32,000 bases of DNA from Candidatus Syntropharchaeum caldarium (GCA_001766815.1 LYOS01000005.1:68687-100686), one strand, 5' to 3'. Positions 1-9,011 are shown, numbered from the stretch's first letter. The notes: generated from the letters alone by a model not told the origin. Made by a program: numbers and translations.

Positions 1-1
1 T

Positions 2-499
2 AACGGACTTCCATTCTCCTCGATGGCAGGGCAGGCTGGTGGTGGTAAGCAGACACTCGGATTCCTCGGTATCGGTATTCAGTACTTCTTCTCCCCGAAG
101 TTCCTTCAGGGTGAGGGAGGATGGACAACCACGGCATGGATGCCAAAGGCGCTGAAAGATCGTGTACTCGAGGCGATTCCCGAGGATATGCGTGATAAGA
201 TCGCAACAGAGGAGGATGTAACAGACATCACCCAGCTGATGGAGTTCATGAAGAAGGTCAATCATCCGATGGTTGCAAAATGGGCAGCAGAGGAAGAGGA
301 AGAAGTCGAAGAGGCTGCAGAAGCAGCAGCACCAGAGGCAGCAGCAATGCCACAGATGCCAATGATGCAGCCTGGCATGATGCCACAGATGCAACTTCCC
401 GCATTTGCACCTTCTGGTGGAGCAGCAGGCGGGATCAAGCTGGTTTTGAAGAACGCCAATATCAAGGTGGAGAAGATAATACTCAAGAAGAAGGAGTGA
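2..499 (+). CDS. cdhC: Acetyl-CoA decarbonylase/synthase beta subunit, C-terminal part (5' end outside window)
   Basis: The frame is open from the window edge to the stop at 497-499. The tail has an acidic E/A run followed by an M/P/Q-rich low-complexity segment, as in archaeal CdhC C-termini. It lies directly upstream of cooC-cdhD-cdhE in canonical cdh operon order. Confidence 0.8.
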   Translation, partial: NGLPFSSMAGQAGGGKQTLGFLGIGIQYFFSPKFLQGEGGWTTTAWMPKALKDRVLEAIPEDMRDKIATEEDVTDITQLMEFMKKVNHPMVAKWAAEEEEEVEEAAEAAAPEAAAMPQMPMMQPGMMPQMQLPAFAPSGGAAGGIKLVLKNANIKVEKIILKKKE

Positions 500-533
500 T
501 CCTTCTCTCTTCTTTTTCATATTTTTCACAGAA

Positions 534-1286
534 ATGACAACCATCGTGATATCTGGAAAGGGCGGCACAGGAAAGACAAATATAGCCGCGCTTCTCGTTC
601 GGATTCTCTCGGAAAATAAACTTGTTCTTGCGATAGATGCAGATCCTGATACCAACCTGGCTGATGCACTCGGTTTTCCCGTTACAAAGACGGTAGGTGA
701 CATCAGGGAAGGATTTCTCGATGAGAAGGATGAACTGGCACCTGAACTTGATAAGCAATCATACTTTGAGTCCAGAGTGATGAGTATCATCGAGGAGGCT
801 GATCGGTTTGATATCATTGCGATGGGAAGACCTGAAGGACCGGGTTGCTACTGTTATGCCAACAACATCTTAAGAGCCGTTATCGAGAAGCTTGAGGGAA
901 ATTACGAGATGGTTGTGATCGATACCGAGGCAGGGCTTGAACACTTGAGCCGCAGGACCGTCAGAGACATAGATTTACTCCTTGTTGTGAGCGATGTATC
1001 AAAGAGAGGGCTTGATACGGCAGATCGCATCAGGACCCTTGCAAATGAGCTTAATATCAGGGTAAAACGGATTGCAGTCATTGCAAACAAGGTCAGAAAT
1101 GAACACGATCGCGAGAAGTTGAAAAATATGGCAGAGAAGATGAATCTTGAGTTAATTGGCTTCATACCTTTTGACGAGGGACTTGCAGCGCTTGATCTGG
1201 ATGGGTTACCTTTAACTCAGTTAAAAGATGACTCTCCAGCATTTAAAGCGGTTAAAGAGGTCGTTGAGAGGTTGAATATAGGCTAA
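534..1286 (+). CDS. cooC: CooC-type nickel-insertion accessory ATPase of the CODH/ACS complex
   Basis: N-terminal P-loop GKGGTGKT, Cys-x-Cys metal motif (GPGCYCY) and MinD/ParA-like length (250 aa). Its position between cdhC and cdhD matches the accessory ORF of Methanosarcina-type cdh operons. Confidence 0.85.
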   Translation: MTTIVISGKGGTGKTNIAALLVRILSENKLVLAIDADPDTNLADALGFPVTKTVGDIREGFLDEKDELAPELDKQSYFESRVMSIIEEADRFDIIAMGRPEGPGCYCYANNILRAVIEKLEGNYEMVVIDTEAGLEHLSRRTVRDIDLLLVVSDVSKRGLDTADRIRTLANELNIRVKRIAVIANKVRNEHDREKLKNMAEKMNLELIGFIPFDEGLAALDLDGLPLTQLKDDSPAFKAVKEVVERLNIG

Positions 1287-1306
1287 ATATAAATTGAGGT
1301 GATGGC

Positions 1307-1522
1307 ATGACTGAAATTAAGCTTGAAGATCTTATGAAGATCTTTGAGGGGGCTGATGTAGCAGAACTTGAGAACGTCACGATAAACGGGAATGTTGAGA
1401 TAGAAGCGACTTCAGGTGGAGGAGATACCGCAGGCATACAGCTCGCGATTGGGCAGGGAGCAGCTCAGGTTGGGATGAGCGTATTACAGCTTGCTCAGAT
1501 GCTTGGGATTAAGAAGGGTTAG
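1307..1522 (+). CDS. Stand-alone 71-aa paralog of the CdhD N-terminal domain
   Basis: Aligns colinearly with aa 1-68 of the downstream CdhD (shared [35 protein letters not shown]). It has its own GAGGTGAT Shine-Dalgarno just upstream of the ATG, like cdhD. Confidence 0.6.
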   Translation: MTEIKLEDLMKIFEGADVAELENVTINGNVEIEATSGGGDTAGIQLAIGQGAAQVGMSVLQLAQMLGIKKG

Positions 1523-1561
1523 TTTGATTGAAGGAAAAATTTGGGTGAGGTGATAGTATAA

Positions 1562-2872
1562 ATGACCACGATTAATTTCCAGGATTTAGTAAAGATCCTT
1601 GAGAAGTACGAGATAGCAGAGCTTGAGAATGTAGTGATAGATGGTGATGTGGAGATCGAGATGTTGGAAGGCGGTGGTGGAGATGCCGCGGCACTACAGC
1701 TTGCAATCGGCCAGGGAGCAGCACAGATCGGAATGAACCTGATGCAGCTTGCACAGATGCTTGGGTACCCGGTTGGGGCATTGATGCAACCTGTGGGCGT
1801 TCCACCTGCTGTGGGTGCTGCTGAGGCAGAGATACTTGAGAAACTACTCGATGAGAAGTTTTCGGTTGAGCCTGAGAAGTACACAACCGCAGTGGAAGAG
1901 GTCACGATTGGTGCAACAAAAGCAGATGGCGGAACACGTGAGACAACGGTTACAGTCGGCGGTGAGCGTGCTCTACCATTCTTCAATTACGCAGCTCCAA
2001 TGCCAAACCCCATTGCAATAACACTTGACTGCTTTGATATGCCAATCGGGCTTGCAAAAGCGGTGAAGGTTCATTATGAGGATGTAATGGAGAGTCCAGG
2101 CGAGTGGGCAAAGAAGAATGTTGAGAAGTTTGGGGCCGATATGGTAACGATTCACCTGATCAGTACCGATCCTCTTATCAAGGATACCCCACCAAAAGAG
2201 GCTGCAAAGGTTGTTGAGGAGGTTTTGCAGGCTGTAAAGGTCCCGATCGTGATCGGCGGTTCAGGAAATCCTGACAAAGATCCAGCAGTCCTTGAGGCTG
2301 CGGCAGAGGTTGCAGAGGGTGAGAGGTGTTTGATCGCATCGGCAAACCTCAACATGGACTATGAAAGGATCGCAAAAGCAGCGATGGATCACGGGCACAC
2401 ATTACTCTCATGGACGCAGCTTGATATAAACAATCAGAAGACCCTGAACAGGTATCTATTCAAGGCTGGCGTGAAACGAGAGGATCTCGTGATTGATCCA
2501 ACGACCGCAGCGCTTGGATATGGTATCGACTATGCCTTCACGAATATCGAGCGTATGCGGCTGATGGCGCTCAAAGGCGATACAGATCTGAACTTCCCGA
2601 TCTCATGTGGTATCACGAACGCATGGGGTGCAAGAGAGGCATGGATGAAGGAATCACCGATCAAGGACGACTCAGACTGGGGACCCCGTGAGTACAGAGG
2701 ACCATTGTTCGAGATAATTACAGGTCTGACACTCGGTATGGCCGGGGGAGATGTCTTTATGATGATGCACCCAGGTGCTGCTGCAACGGTCAAGGAAATT
2801 ACCCGAACACTCAGAGGGGATGTTGAAGCAAAATCTGTCCCGATCGATGATTGGGTAACACTGGAGGTGTGA
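1562..2872 (+). CDS. cdhD: Acetyl-CoA decarbonylase/synthase delta subunit (corrinoid protein small subunit)
   Basis: 436 aa, the expected length for the delta subunit. Operon position is after cooC and before the Fe-S/corrinoid gamma subunit. GGTGAGGTGAT ribosome-binding site upstream. Confidence 0.9.
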   Translation: MTTINFQDLVKILEKYEIAELENVVIDGDVEIEMLEGGGGDAAALQLAIGQGAAQIGMNLMQLAQMLGYPVGALMQPVGVPPAVGAAEAEILEKLLDEKFSVEPEKYTTAVEEVTIGATKADGGTRETTVTVGGERALPFFNYAAPMPNPIAITLDCFDMPIGLAKAVKVHYEDVMESPGEWAKKNVEKFGADMVTIHLISTDPLIKDTPPKEAAKVVEEVLQAVKVPIVIGGSGNPDKDPAVLEAAAEVAEGERCLIASANLNMDYERIAKAAMDHGHTLLSWTQLDINNQKTLNRYLFKAGVKREDLVIDPTTAALGYGIDYAFTNIERMRLMALKGDTDLNFPISCGITNAWGAREAWMKESPIKDDSDWGPREYRGPLFEIITGLTLGMAGGDVFMMMHPGAAATVKEITRTLRGDVEAKSVPIDDWVTLEV

Positions 2873-2875
2873 AGG

Positions 2876-4282
2876 ATGAAGTTATCAAGTCCACTCGAGG
2901 TCTATGACTATCTCCCAAAGACCAACTGCGGTGAGTGCGGTGAAGCAACGTGCATGGCGTTTGCTGCAAAACTCATCGAGCGGCAAGATAAGCTCGAAAA
3001 ATGCAAGCCGATACTTGAGGATAAGTTCAGGAAGAAGTACGAGGAGCTTTCAGAGCTTTTAGCACCAGAGATAAAGGAGATTGTACTTGGCGTTGGTGAG
3101 CGCGCGATAAAGATCGGTGGCGAGGATGTGATGCACCGTCACCAGCTGACATTCTTCAATGAGACTGCACTCATCTATGACGTCTGGGATACGATGGATG
3201 AAGCCGATCTTGTTGCAAGGGTGAAGGCGATCACAGACTGGCAGAAGTTCTATGTAGGGGACTTTTTGAGGCTCCATGGTATCGCAGTGAGGTCGGCGTC
3301 TAACGATCCAGCAAAATTTGGAGCATGTGTCAAGAAGGTTCTTGAGACAACACCTCTCCCGCTTGTTCTCTGCTCATTTGATCCAAAGGTTCTGGAGGCA
3401 GGGCTTGAGGTTGCAGCCGATAAGAATCCACTCATCTATGCAGCAAACAAGGACAACTGGAAGGATGTTGCAAAACTTGTAAAGAAGTACAACGTTGCCG
3501 TCACGCTCTACGCACCCGCTGACCTTGATCTCCTGAAGTCAATGGCGGTATCATTTGAGAAGATGGGAATCAGTGACCTGGTGCTTGATCCAGGGACATA
3601 TCCGACAGGGAAGGATCTTGAGCAGACACTCCAGCGATTTCTCCAGATAAGGCGTGCGGGGATCGTTGAAGGTCAGAAAGATATCGCATACCCGCTCATG
3701 TCGGTCCCATTAACGACATGGATGGTATATGATGACCCTGTCGATGCAACTTACTGGGAGACTGTGCTGGCAGATGTCTTCACGATCAGGTATGCTGACA
3801 TCATGATCCTCCACTCGATCGAGCCGTACGCCGTGATGATCCAGCGAACGCTTGTTGATAACATCTATGTCGATCCAAGAAGACCTGTACAGGTTGATCC
3901 AGGCGTAAAAGTTGTTGGAAATCCGACAGAGGAGTCGCCGGTCTTTATGACAACGAACTTCGCACTGACGTACTACACGGTGGAGAGCGATGTTGCATCC
4001 AACAACATCGACTGTTACATCCTTGTGGTTGATACCGATGGTATCGGTGTTGAGGCAGCACTTGCAGGTGGACAACTGACATCCTCGAAGGTCAAGGAGA
4101 CTATGGAGAAGGCGGATATTAACCTTGAGGAGGCGGTGACACACAAGACCCTGATCATACCGGGACTTACGGCAAGAATATCCGGCGAGCTTGAGGATAC
4201 GCTTGGCTGGAATATCCTCGTGGGTCCAGGCGACTCAGGACGTATACCCGGATTTTTGGAAGAGAAGTGGCCCCCCAAGTAG
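2876..4282 (+). CDS. cdhE: Acetyl-CoA decarbonylase/synthase gamma subunit (corrinoid/Fe-S protein large subunit)
   Basis: 468 aa. The N-terminal 4Fe-4S motif (LPKTNCGECGEATCMAFAAKL...C) is characteristic of CdhE/AcsC. It starts 3 nt after the cdhD stop. Confidence 0.9.
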   Translation: MKLSSPLEVYDYLPKTNCGECGEATCMAFAAKLIERQDKLEKCKPILEDKFRKKYEELSELLAPEIKEIVLGVGERAIKIGGEDVMHRHQLTFFNETALIYDVWDTMDEADLVARVKAITDWQKFYVGDFLRLHGIAVRSASNDPAKFGACVKKVLETTPLPLVLCSFDPKVLEAGLEVAADKNPLIYAANKDNWKDVAKLVKKYNVAVTLYAPADLDLLKSMAVSFEKMGISDLVLDPGTYPTGKDLEQTLQRFLQIRRAGIVEGQKDIAYPLMSVPLTTWMVYDDPVDATYWETVLADVFTIRYADIMILHSIEPYAVMIQRTLVDNIYVDPRRPVQVDPGVKVVGNPTEESPVFMTTNFALTYYTVESDVASNNIDCYILVVDTDGIGVEAALAGGQLTSSKVKETMEKADINLEEAVTHKTLIIPGLTARISGELEDTLGWNILVGPGDSGRIPGFLEEKWPPK

Positions 4283-4298
4283 GGGGTTTGTTTTTTTA
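4271..4298 (+). terminator. Hairpin plus oligo-T terminator after cdhE
   Basis: CCCCCC (4271-4276) and GGGGG (4282-4286) form a G:C stem spanning the cdhE stop codon. A T-rich run TTTGTTTTTTT (4287-4297) follows. Confidence 0.4.
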
Positions 4299-4378
4299 CT
4301 CGTATTTTATATATACTCGATTACTTCTCAGCATGGTGACTGTATCGTTGCGGTCTGAGACCGGGGAAGGGTGAGATC

Positions 4379-4726
4379 ATGAGCCACTGGCTATGCATCC
4401 TTAACCGGGAGAACTTTGAGGTTGTCAGGGGCAAGATGATATGGGTAGGCTTTCCGAAAGCCCACACGGTATGAACTTTTACAAAGTTCATCCTCAAATG
4501 TCCAGCATTCCGCTACGCTCCAGCTGGACTTCCAGCCTTCGGCTGGGGTTCTCGCTCGAAGAGCGTAGTCCTACCGCAGGTAGGACATGGGTGTATGAGG
4601 CGTGCTTTACGCCTCATTACAAACAAGAAGAAATGGAGCGAGCATTTAGTCGGGAAGGCGATGGGGGAGATTTCTGAGCGGGATTATGAGGTGATGAGGG
4701 GGTGGGTGGAAGGGGAAAGCTTTTAA
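4379..4726 (+). pseudogene. Disrupted EVE/PUA-like (UPF0310-type) gene: N-terminal 23 codons and C-terminal ~35 codons survive in different frames
   Basis: 4379-4447 encodes MSHWLCILNRENFEVVRGKMIW, a UPF0310-like start, then stops at 4472-4474. A different frame at about 4618-4726 encodes [34 protein letters not shown], which resembles the UPF0310 C-terminus. The central ~90 codons expected from my recollection of the family are missing. Confidence 0.55.
4448..4617. other. Hairpin-dense ~170-nt insert (MITE-like element or structured RNA candidate) replacing the middle of the EVE-like gene
   Basis: Perfect stems read directly: 4471-4479/4483-4491 (9 bp); 4513-4520/4561-4568 (8 bp) enclosing 4532-4537/4541-4546 (6 bp); 4568-4575/4579-4586 (8 bp); 4595-4603/4609-4617 (9 bp). 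Confidence 0.45.
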
Positions 4727-4751
4727 AATCATTCAATTCCATTCATACCAT

Positions 4752-5027
4752 ATGGTAGGAATAAGAACTGTCGGCAAAAAAGGACAGGTTACAATACCCA
4801 AGGAAATTAGAGAGAAGTTTGGGTTGAAAGAAGGCTCAAAGGTCAGTTTTGAGGTTAAAGAGGATGAGATAGTGATTAAACCTGAGAAATCTGGGAAAGA
4901 TTTTGTTGAAGAATGGTGCTCCATTGTTAAAAAGAAGCTGGACAAACCGATCGATTTGAGAAGGCTGAAAGAAGAGTACTACGAGGAGCAGGTGGAAAAG
5001 TTTTACTATCATGTGAACTGTAAATGA
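4752..5027 (+). CDS. AbrB/SpoVT/MazE-family DNA-binding protein (antitoxin-like regulator)
   Basis: The N-terminal swapped-hairpin motif VGKKGQVTIPKEIREKFGLKEGSKVSFEV..DEIVIKP is typical of AbrB/VapB-type antitoxins. It is co-oriented with, and 12 nt upstream of, the ATPase gene. Confidence 0.75.
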   Translation: MVGIRTVGKKGQVTIPKEIREKFGLKEGSKVSFEVKEDEIVIKPEKSGKDFVEEWCSIVKKKLDKPIDLRRLKEEYYEEQVEKFYYHVNCK

Positions 5028-5039
5028 AATGAGGTTATA

Positions 5040-6044
5040 ATGAACAGCGCGGAGGCGTACAGGAAACTATTCGCAGCATTTGCAAGCGGAGCAAGAGATG
5101 AGTTTTTTAAAGTAGCTCAAGAAATAATTGAGGATGAGGAGCGAAAACATAATAATAAACTTGCTAAAGATTTGTGTCGTATTTTATACAACGGAAATAA
5201 AACTAAAAACTATTCAGAACGATATAAAAAAGCATTGCAAATTCCACGGGATGCAGAGAGGGGGCTGCCACTGGTGGAAATAAAAGAATGTAAAAAGGAC
5301 TGGTCTGAGATAGTAGTAGAAGAAAACATAGAAAATACTCTCAGAAGAATAATTTTAGAAAATCAAAAAAGGGAGGTTCTTGAAGTTAGTGGGCTGAAAC
5401 CTAAGATGAAATTACTATTCTTTGGTCCACCAGGATGTGGTAAAACTCTTGCTGCGGAGGTATTAAGTACGGTACTTAGCTGGCCGATGGCTTATGTTAA
5501 GTTTGACGGGTTAATCTCTTCTTATCTGGGCGAAACTGCATCAAACATGAGAAAAATATTTGATTTTATAGAGCGGGGGCAGTGGGTCGTCTTTTTTGAT
5601 GAGTTTGATGCCATTGGAAAGGAGAGAGATAGCCCGTTTGAACATGGAGAGATGAAGAGGGTTGTTAATAGTTTCCTTCAGATGCTGGATAATTTTAAGG
5701 GCGAATCCATTATAATTGCTGCAACAAATCATCAACACCTTTTAGATCCTGCTTTATGGAGAAGATTTGACGAACTTATTTATTTTGGCTTTCCAGATAA
5801 GAAGAGGAGGGTTGAAATTTTCAAAAAATATCTAAGAGGAATAAGAACGATAAAGGTGGATTTAGAGTATTTTGCAGAAAAAACAGATGGTATGAGTCCA
5901 GCAGACATAGAAACAATCTGTTTGAATGCAATAAAAGAGGTAATACTCTCGGATAAGAAGTCTCTAACAAAGGCCGTGCTGGATGAATATGTTGAGAAGC
6001 AAAGAGAACGAATTGAGATTAGAAATAAAGCCATGAGGGGGTGA
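5040..6044 (+). CDS. Classical AAA+ ATPase (IetA-like)
   Basis: Walker A GPPGCGKT, Walker B VVFFDEFD, sensor-1 IIAATN and an arginine-finger region PALWRRFD. Its stop overlaps the start of the downstream S8 protease gene (GTGA). Confidence 0.8.
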   Translation: MNSAEAYRKLFAAFASGARDEFFKVAQEIIEDEERKHNNKLAKDLCRILYNGNKTKNYSERYKKALQIPRDAERGLPLVEIKECKKDWSEIVVEENIENTLRRIILENQKREVLEVSGLKPKMKLLFFGPPGCGKTLAAEVLSTVLSWPMAYVKFDGLISSYLGETASNMRKIFDFIERGQWVVFFDEFDAIGKERDSPFEHGEMKRVVNSFLQMLDNFKGESIIIAATNHQHLLDPALWRRFDELIYFGFPDKKRRVEIFKKYLRGIRTIKVDLEYFAEKTDGMSPADIETICLNAIKEVILSDKKSLTKAVLDEYVEKQRERIEIRNKAMRG

Positions 6045-8464
6045 ATGGAATGGCTGAGAGATTACCTCACTTGCCCTTGCCTGTGGTAATGGAGGGTTTG
6101 CCAAGAAAGAAAAGGAAAGCATACCCAAAGCCAAGGAAAGTAAGGAGCGATGCTGAAAGAAAAACATTTGGTAAGAAAGCATTGGATGAAAGTGAAAAAA
6201 TTATTGAAGATTTTTCAAAATGGAAAAGCAAATATGGAGATAAAATTGATCCCAAGTTAATCTTTAAGATAGAGGCAAATTCACCAATCAACGAGAATGA
6301 TCTTGGTAGAATGGGGCTTAAAATTCTTGGCGTGGATTATAAAGACGCTGTTGTAGTATTTGCTGATGATGAGCATTTGACTGCGTTTAAAAGAATGATA
6401 GAAGAATACGCTAATGAAATACCGCCCGACCAAGAAAATGCAAAACACGCATTCATCCATGCCTTCGAAGATATTCGCAAAATAGCTCCTGGTGAAAAGA
6501 TAGGGGTTAGATTAAGGAAAGAACCACTAAAAGATGAAGATATCGCTATACTGGATATTGAATTGTGGCATTTGGGTAGAGAGTATCGAGAACAGATGCT
6601 CTCATGGAAAGATGGAATAGATAGAATATTAAAGGAGAATGGCGGAGAAGTTACGGATTTCTATCTAGGACGAGCATTGTTTATTATACGGGCAAAAGTT
6701 CCATCAACTTTATTATATGATATTCTTAACCTGCCCCAAGTAGCAAGGGTAGATAGACCTCCTAAGACCACTTTAGACTTGGCGAAAATTAAGGGAATTT
6801 CTCTAGATGAAATTGGTGAGATTCCATCTCCAGAGGATGATGCTCCTGGCATCCTAATTGTTGACTCTGGAATAACGAGCGGGCACCCACTTTTAAAGAG
6901 TGCAATAGGTGATGCTCAATCATATCTGGATGGGAAATCCCCGGTTGATGAGAATAGCCACGGTACTGCTGTCGCTGGTGTTGCCTTGTATGGTGATTTG
7001 CGAGAATATATTAAGGAGAAGAAATTCAATCCAGAACTTTGGATATACTCTGCTCGGGTGTGTGATGAGAATGGCGAGTACGATAAAGAAAAACTTCCCG
7101 AAACGCAGCTAGATGAGGCGATAAAGTATTTTGTTGAACATTATGAGAACATTAGAGTTGTAAACTTATCCATAGGTGATCCTGAAAAGATATATCACCC
7201 AGAAGATTATCAGTACCGATTGGCAGCGGTTATTGATGAGCTTGCGCTTGAGTACGGAGACAACAACATTCTATTTGTTGTTTCTGCTGGAAATTATGAG
7301 GACAGTAGGACGGGGGTGGAGTATCTCGATGAAGAAACTGCAAGTAGGTACCCGGCTTATTTGCTGGATGATCCGAATGCTAAGGTAATTGATCCTGCGA
7401 CTTCTGCGCTTGCTCTCACGGTTGGTTCTCTGAGTTTGGAACAGGGATCTGCTAATAGGTGGTTTGCCTCGCCTTTGGCTGGTTTTGAAGAGTTTCCATC
7501 CCCCTTCACACGGACGGGACCCGGTGTAAACGGAATGATTAAACCGGATTTAGTAGAGTTTGGTGGGGACCTAACATCTGAAAAGGGGTCTGGGATCGTA
7601 ACAGATCCTTCTATCGGAGTAATCACAACGGAAAAGAATTTCCTTACAGAGGGATTATTCAGAGTTGAGGACGGAACAAGCTTTTCAGCAGCTAAAGTAT
7701 CTCATCTGGCTGCAAAATTGTGGAGAGAGCTTCCTGATGCAACTTCTAACCTGATAAAAGCACTACTGGTTGCATCTGCAAAGATACCTGATATAAGACC
7801 CCCTCCCTTGGATAGTATCGATTTAAAAGGTTCAGCTAAAGAGGACCAATCTAAGCTGCTTAACATTTATGGTTATGGACATCCGAGTCTTGATAGAGCA
7901 TTTTCTATCCAGAACAGGGTGCTTTTGATCGATGAAAGAGAGATAAATTTGGACGATATTGTTATCTATGAGATTCCAGTTCCAGTGGAGTTTTATAGAG
8001 GCAGTGGCAGAAGAACTATTTCGATTACACTCGCTTTTGATCCTCCAACTCGAATGACGAGGAAGCAGTACCTTGGTGTTACGATGGAGTTTCATCTTTT
8101 TAGAGGGGTTGATGTTGAACAGATAAAACAGAGATACGCCAAAATGGAGACGTTTGATACCGAAGAAGAGGGTGTTCCACCATTATTACGAAGTAATGAG
8201 ATATCTTTGGTTCCAGGTGTAACGTTAGCGAAGAAGGGAACGGTTCAGAAGCGGATGTGGTTGATAGACCGTACACCAGACTATATTGACGAATCATTGA
8301 AGCTGGTGGTTATCTGTAGTGGCAAATGGATGATTGATGAAGAATACAAGCAAAGATATGCCGTTGTTGTGACGATGGAACAGCGAGATATGATTGAGTT
8401 GTATAACAAAATTAAGGAGCGGTTGAGAATACCCGAGAGAGTGAGGATACGACCGCTGGGCTGA
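6041..8464 (+). CDS. S8 (subtilisin-like) serine peptidase with ~270-aa N-terminal and ~190-aa C-terminal extensions (IetS-like)
   Basis: Catalytic triad contexts ILIVDSGI (Asp), SHGTAVAGVA (His) and DGTSFSAAKVSHLAA (Ser), plus VVSAGN. Translationally coupled to the upstream AAA+ gene. The start may be GTG 6041 or ATG 6050. Confidence 0.8.
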   Translation: MNGMAERLPHLPLPVVMEGLPRKKRKAYPKPRKVRSDAERKTFGKKALDESEKIIEDFSKWKSKYGDKIDPKLIFKIEANSPINENDLGRMGLKILGVDYKDAVVVFADDEHLTAFKRMIEEYANEIPPDQENAKHAFIHAFEDIRKIAPGEKIGVRLRKEPLKDEDIAILDIELWHLGREYREQMLSWKDGIDRILKENGGEVTDFYLGRALFIIRAKVPSTLLYDILNLPQVARVDRPPKTTLDLAKIKGISLDEIGEIPSPEDDAPGILIVDSGITSGHPLLKSAIGDAQSYLDGKSPVDENSHGTAVAGVALYGDLREYIKEKKFNPELWIYSARVCDENGEYDKEKLPETQLDEAIKYFVEHYENIRVVNLSIGDPEKIYHPEDYQYRLAAVIDELALEYGDNNILFVVSAGNYEDSRTGVEYLDEETASRYPAYLLDDPNAKVIDPATSALALTVGSLSLEQGSANRWFASPLAGFEEFPSPFTRTGPGVNGMIKPDLVEFGGDLTSEKGSGIVTDPSIGVITTEKNFLTEGLFRVEDGTSFSAAKVSHLAAKLWRELPDATSNLIKALLVASAKIPDIRPPPLDSIDLKGSAKEDQSKLLNIYGYGHPSLDRAFSIQNRVLLIDEREINLDDIVIYEIPVPVEFYRGSGRRTISITLAFDPPTRMTRKQYLGVTMEFHLFRGVDVEQIKQRYAKMETFDTEEEGVPPLLRSNEISLVPGVTLAKKGTVQKRMWLIDRTPDYIDESLKLVVICSGKWMIDEEYKQRYAVVVTMEQRDMIELYNKIKERLRIPERVRIRPLG

Positions 8465-8479
8465 TCTTTACTGTAAGGC

Positions 8480-8648
8480 GCATTTGGAGGGTATAACAGC
8501 CGATGAGGGAAGGGAGCTCAGGAAACTGAAGAATGAGAACATGAAGATGATTGAGGATGTTTACATGGCGCTTGTGGGTGATAGAGAGGTGCAGGCGTGG
8601 ATTGAGAAGATAAAGGCGCATGAGTGGGTGAGGATGGTGGAGGGGTGA
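8480..8648 (+). repeat. RM-tail repeat copy E (5'-truncated, diverged)
   Basis: Encodes ...LEGITADEGRELRKLKNENMKMIEDVYMALVGDREVQAWIEKIKAHEWVRMVEG*, colinear with the end of copy A. No start codon. It begins about 15 nt after the S8 protease stop. Confidence 0.75.
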
Positions 8649-8677
8649 TTATATTTAGATGAAAGGCAAAGATAAAA
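8649..8677 (+). promoter_or_regulatory. Conserved TATA-containing leader following tail copy E
   Basis: TTATATTTAGATGAAAGGCAAAGATAAAA is near-identical to 9633-9660, which follows tail copy F. Both sit in front of an antitoxin gene. TTATATTTA is TATA-box-like and lies roughly 25-30 nt before ATG 8680. Confidence 0.4.
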
Positions 8678-8679
8678 TT

Positions 8680-8886
8680 ATGATATCTGCTGTGAATTTG
8701 GAGAGAAAGCTACTTGCCCTGGAGAGGGAGCTTCATTCGTTACTTGATATGGTGAGGGAGGAGAGGTTAAAGGAGCTTGGAGGAGATGTGGTGGAGGCTT
8801 CTTCTGGTGCCTGGGGATATGATGTAGATAGTGCTGAGTTTGTTAGAGGGTTGAGAGGTTCTAAACGGCTGGACTGGATAGAATGA
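8680..8886 (+). CDS. Small VapB-like antitoxin (coiled-coil N-terminus, AWG..D..EFVRGLR C-terminus)
   Basis: MISAVNLERKLLALERELHSL...ASSGAWGYDVDSAEFVRGLRGSKRLDW resembles archaeal PIN-partner antitoxins. Its stop overlaps (ATGA) a PIN-like start. I prefer ATG 8680 over 8659 because 8659 lies inside the leader that is non-coding at copy F. Confidence 0.5.
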   Translation: MISAVNLERKLLALERELHSLLDMVREERLKELGGDVVEASSGAWGYDVDSAEFVRGLRGSKRLDWIE

Positions 8887-8945
8887 AGTTCTTTGTGGAC
8901 TGTCTCAAAAAGATGTGGAAAAGCTCAAAAAGCTTTTGGAGATAG
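8883..8945 (+). pseudogene. PIN-domain toxin remnant (20 codons)
   Basis: MKFFVD... is the usual PIN/VapC start and is coupled to the antitoxin stop by an ATGA overlap. The frame ends after 20 codons. Confidence 0.3.
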
Positions 8946-9011
8946 TCATCGTAGAAGAATATACGAATACATATAAAAACATTTATATATCACCTTTAAA
9001 ATACTCATCGT

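Noticed and set aside
1519-1986. 155-aa and 104-aa minus-strand ORFs inside cdhD
   Set aside because: They are antisense to a well-supported cdhD frame, have low-complexity Ala/Ser/Pro content and lack a ribosome-binding site.
4441-4677. 78-aa plus-strand ORF
   Set aside because: It runs straight through the hairpin-dense element and the frame-shifted EVE relic. The translation has no recognisable features, so the region is better explained as non-coding insert plus pseudogene.
4690-4716. A seventh RM-tail copy suggested by ...VMRGWVEG resembling ...HEWVRLVEG
   Set aside because: The preceding residues ([23 protein letters not shown]) fit an EVE/UPF0310 C-terminus better. The resemblance is limited to a few G-rich codons, so it stays unresolved rather than counted.
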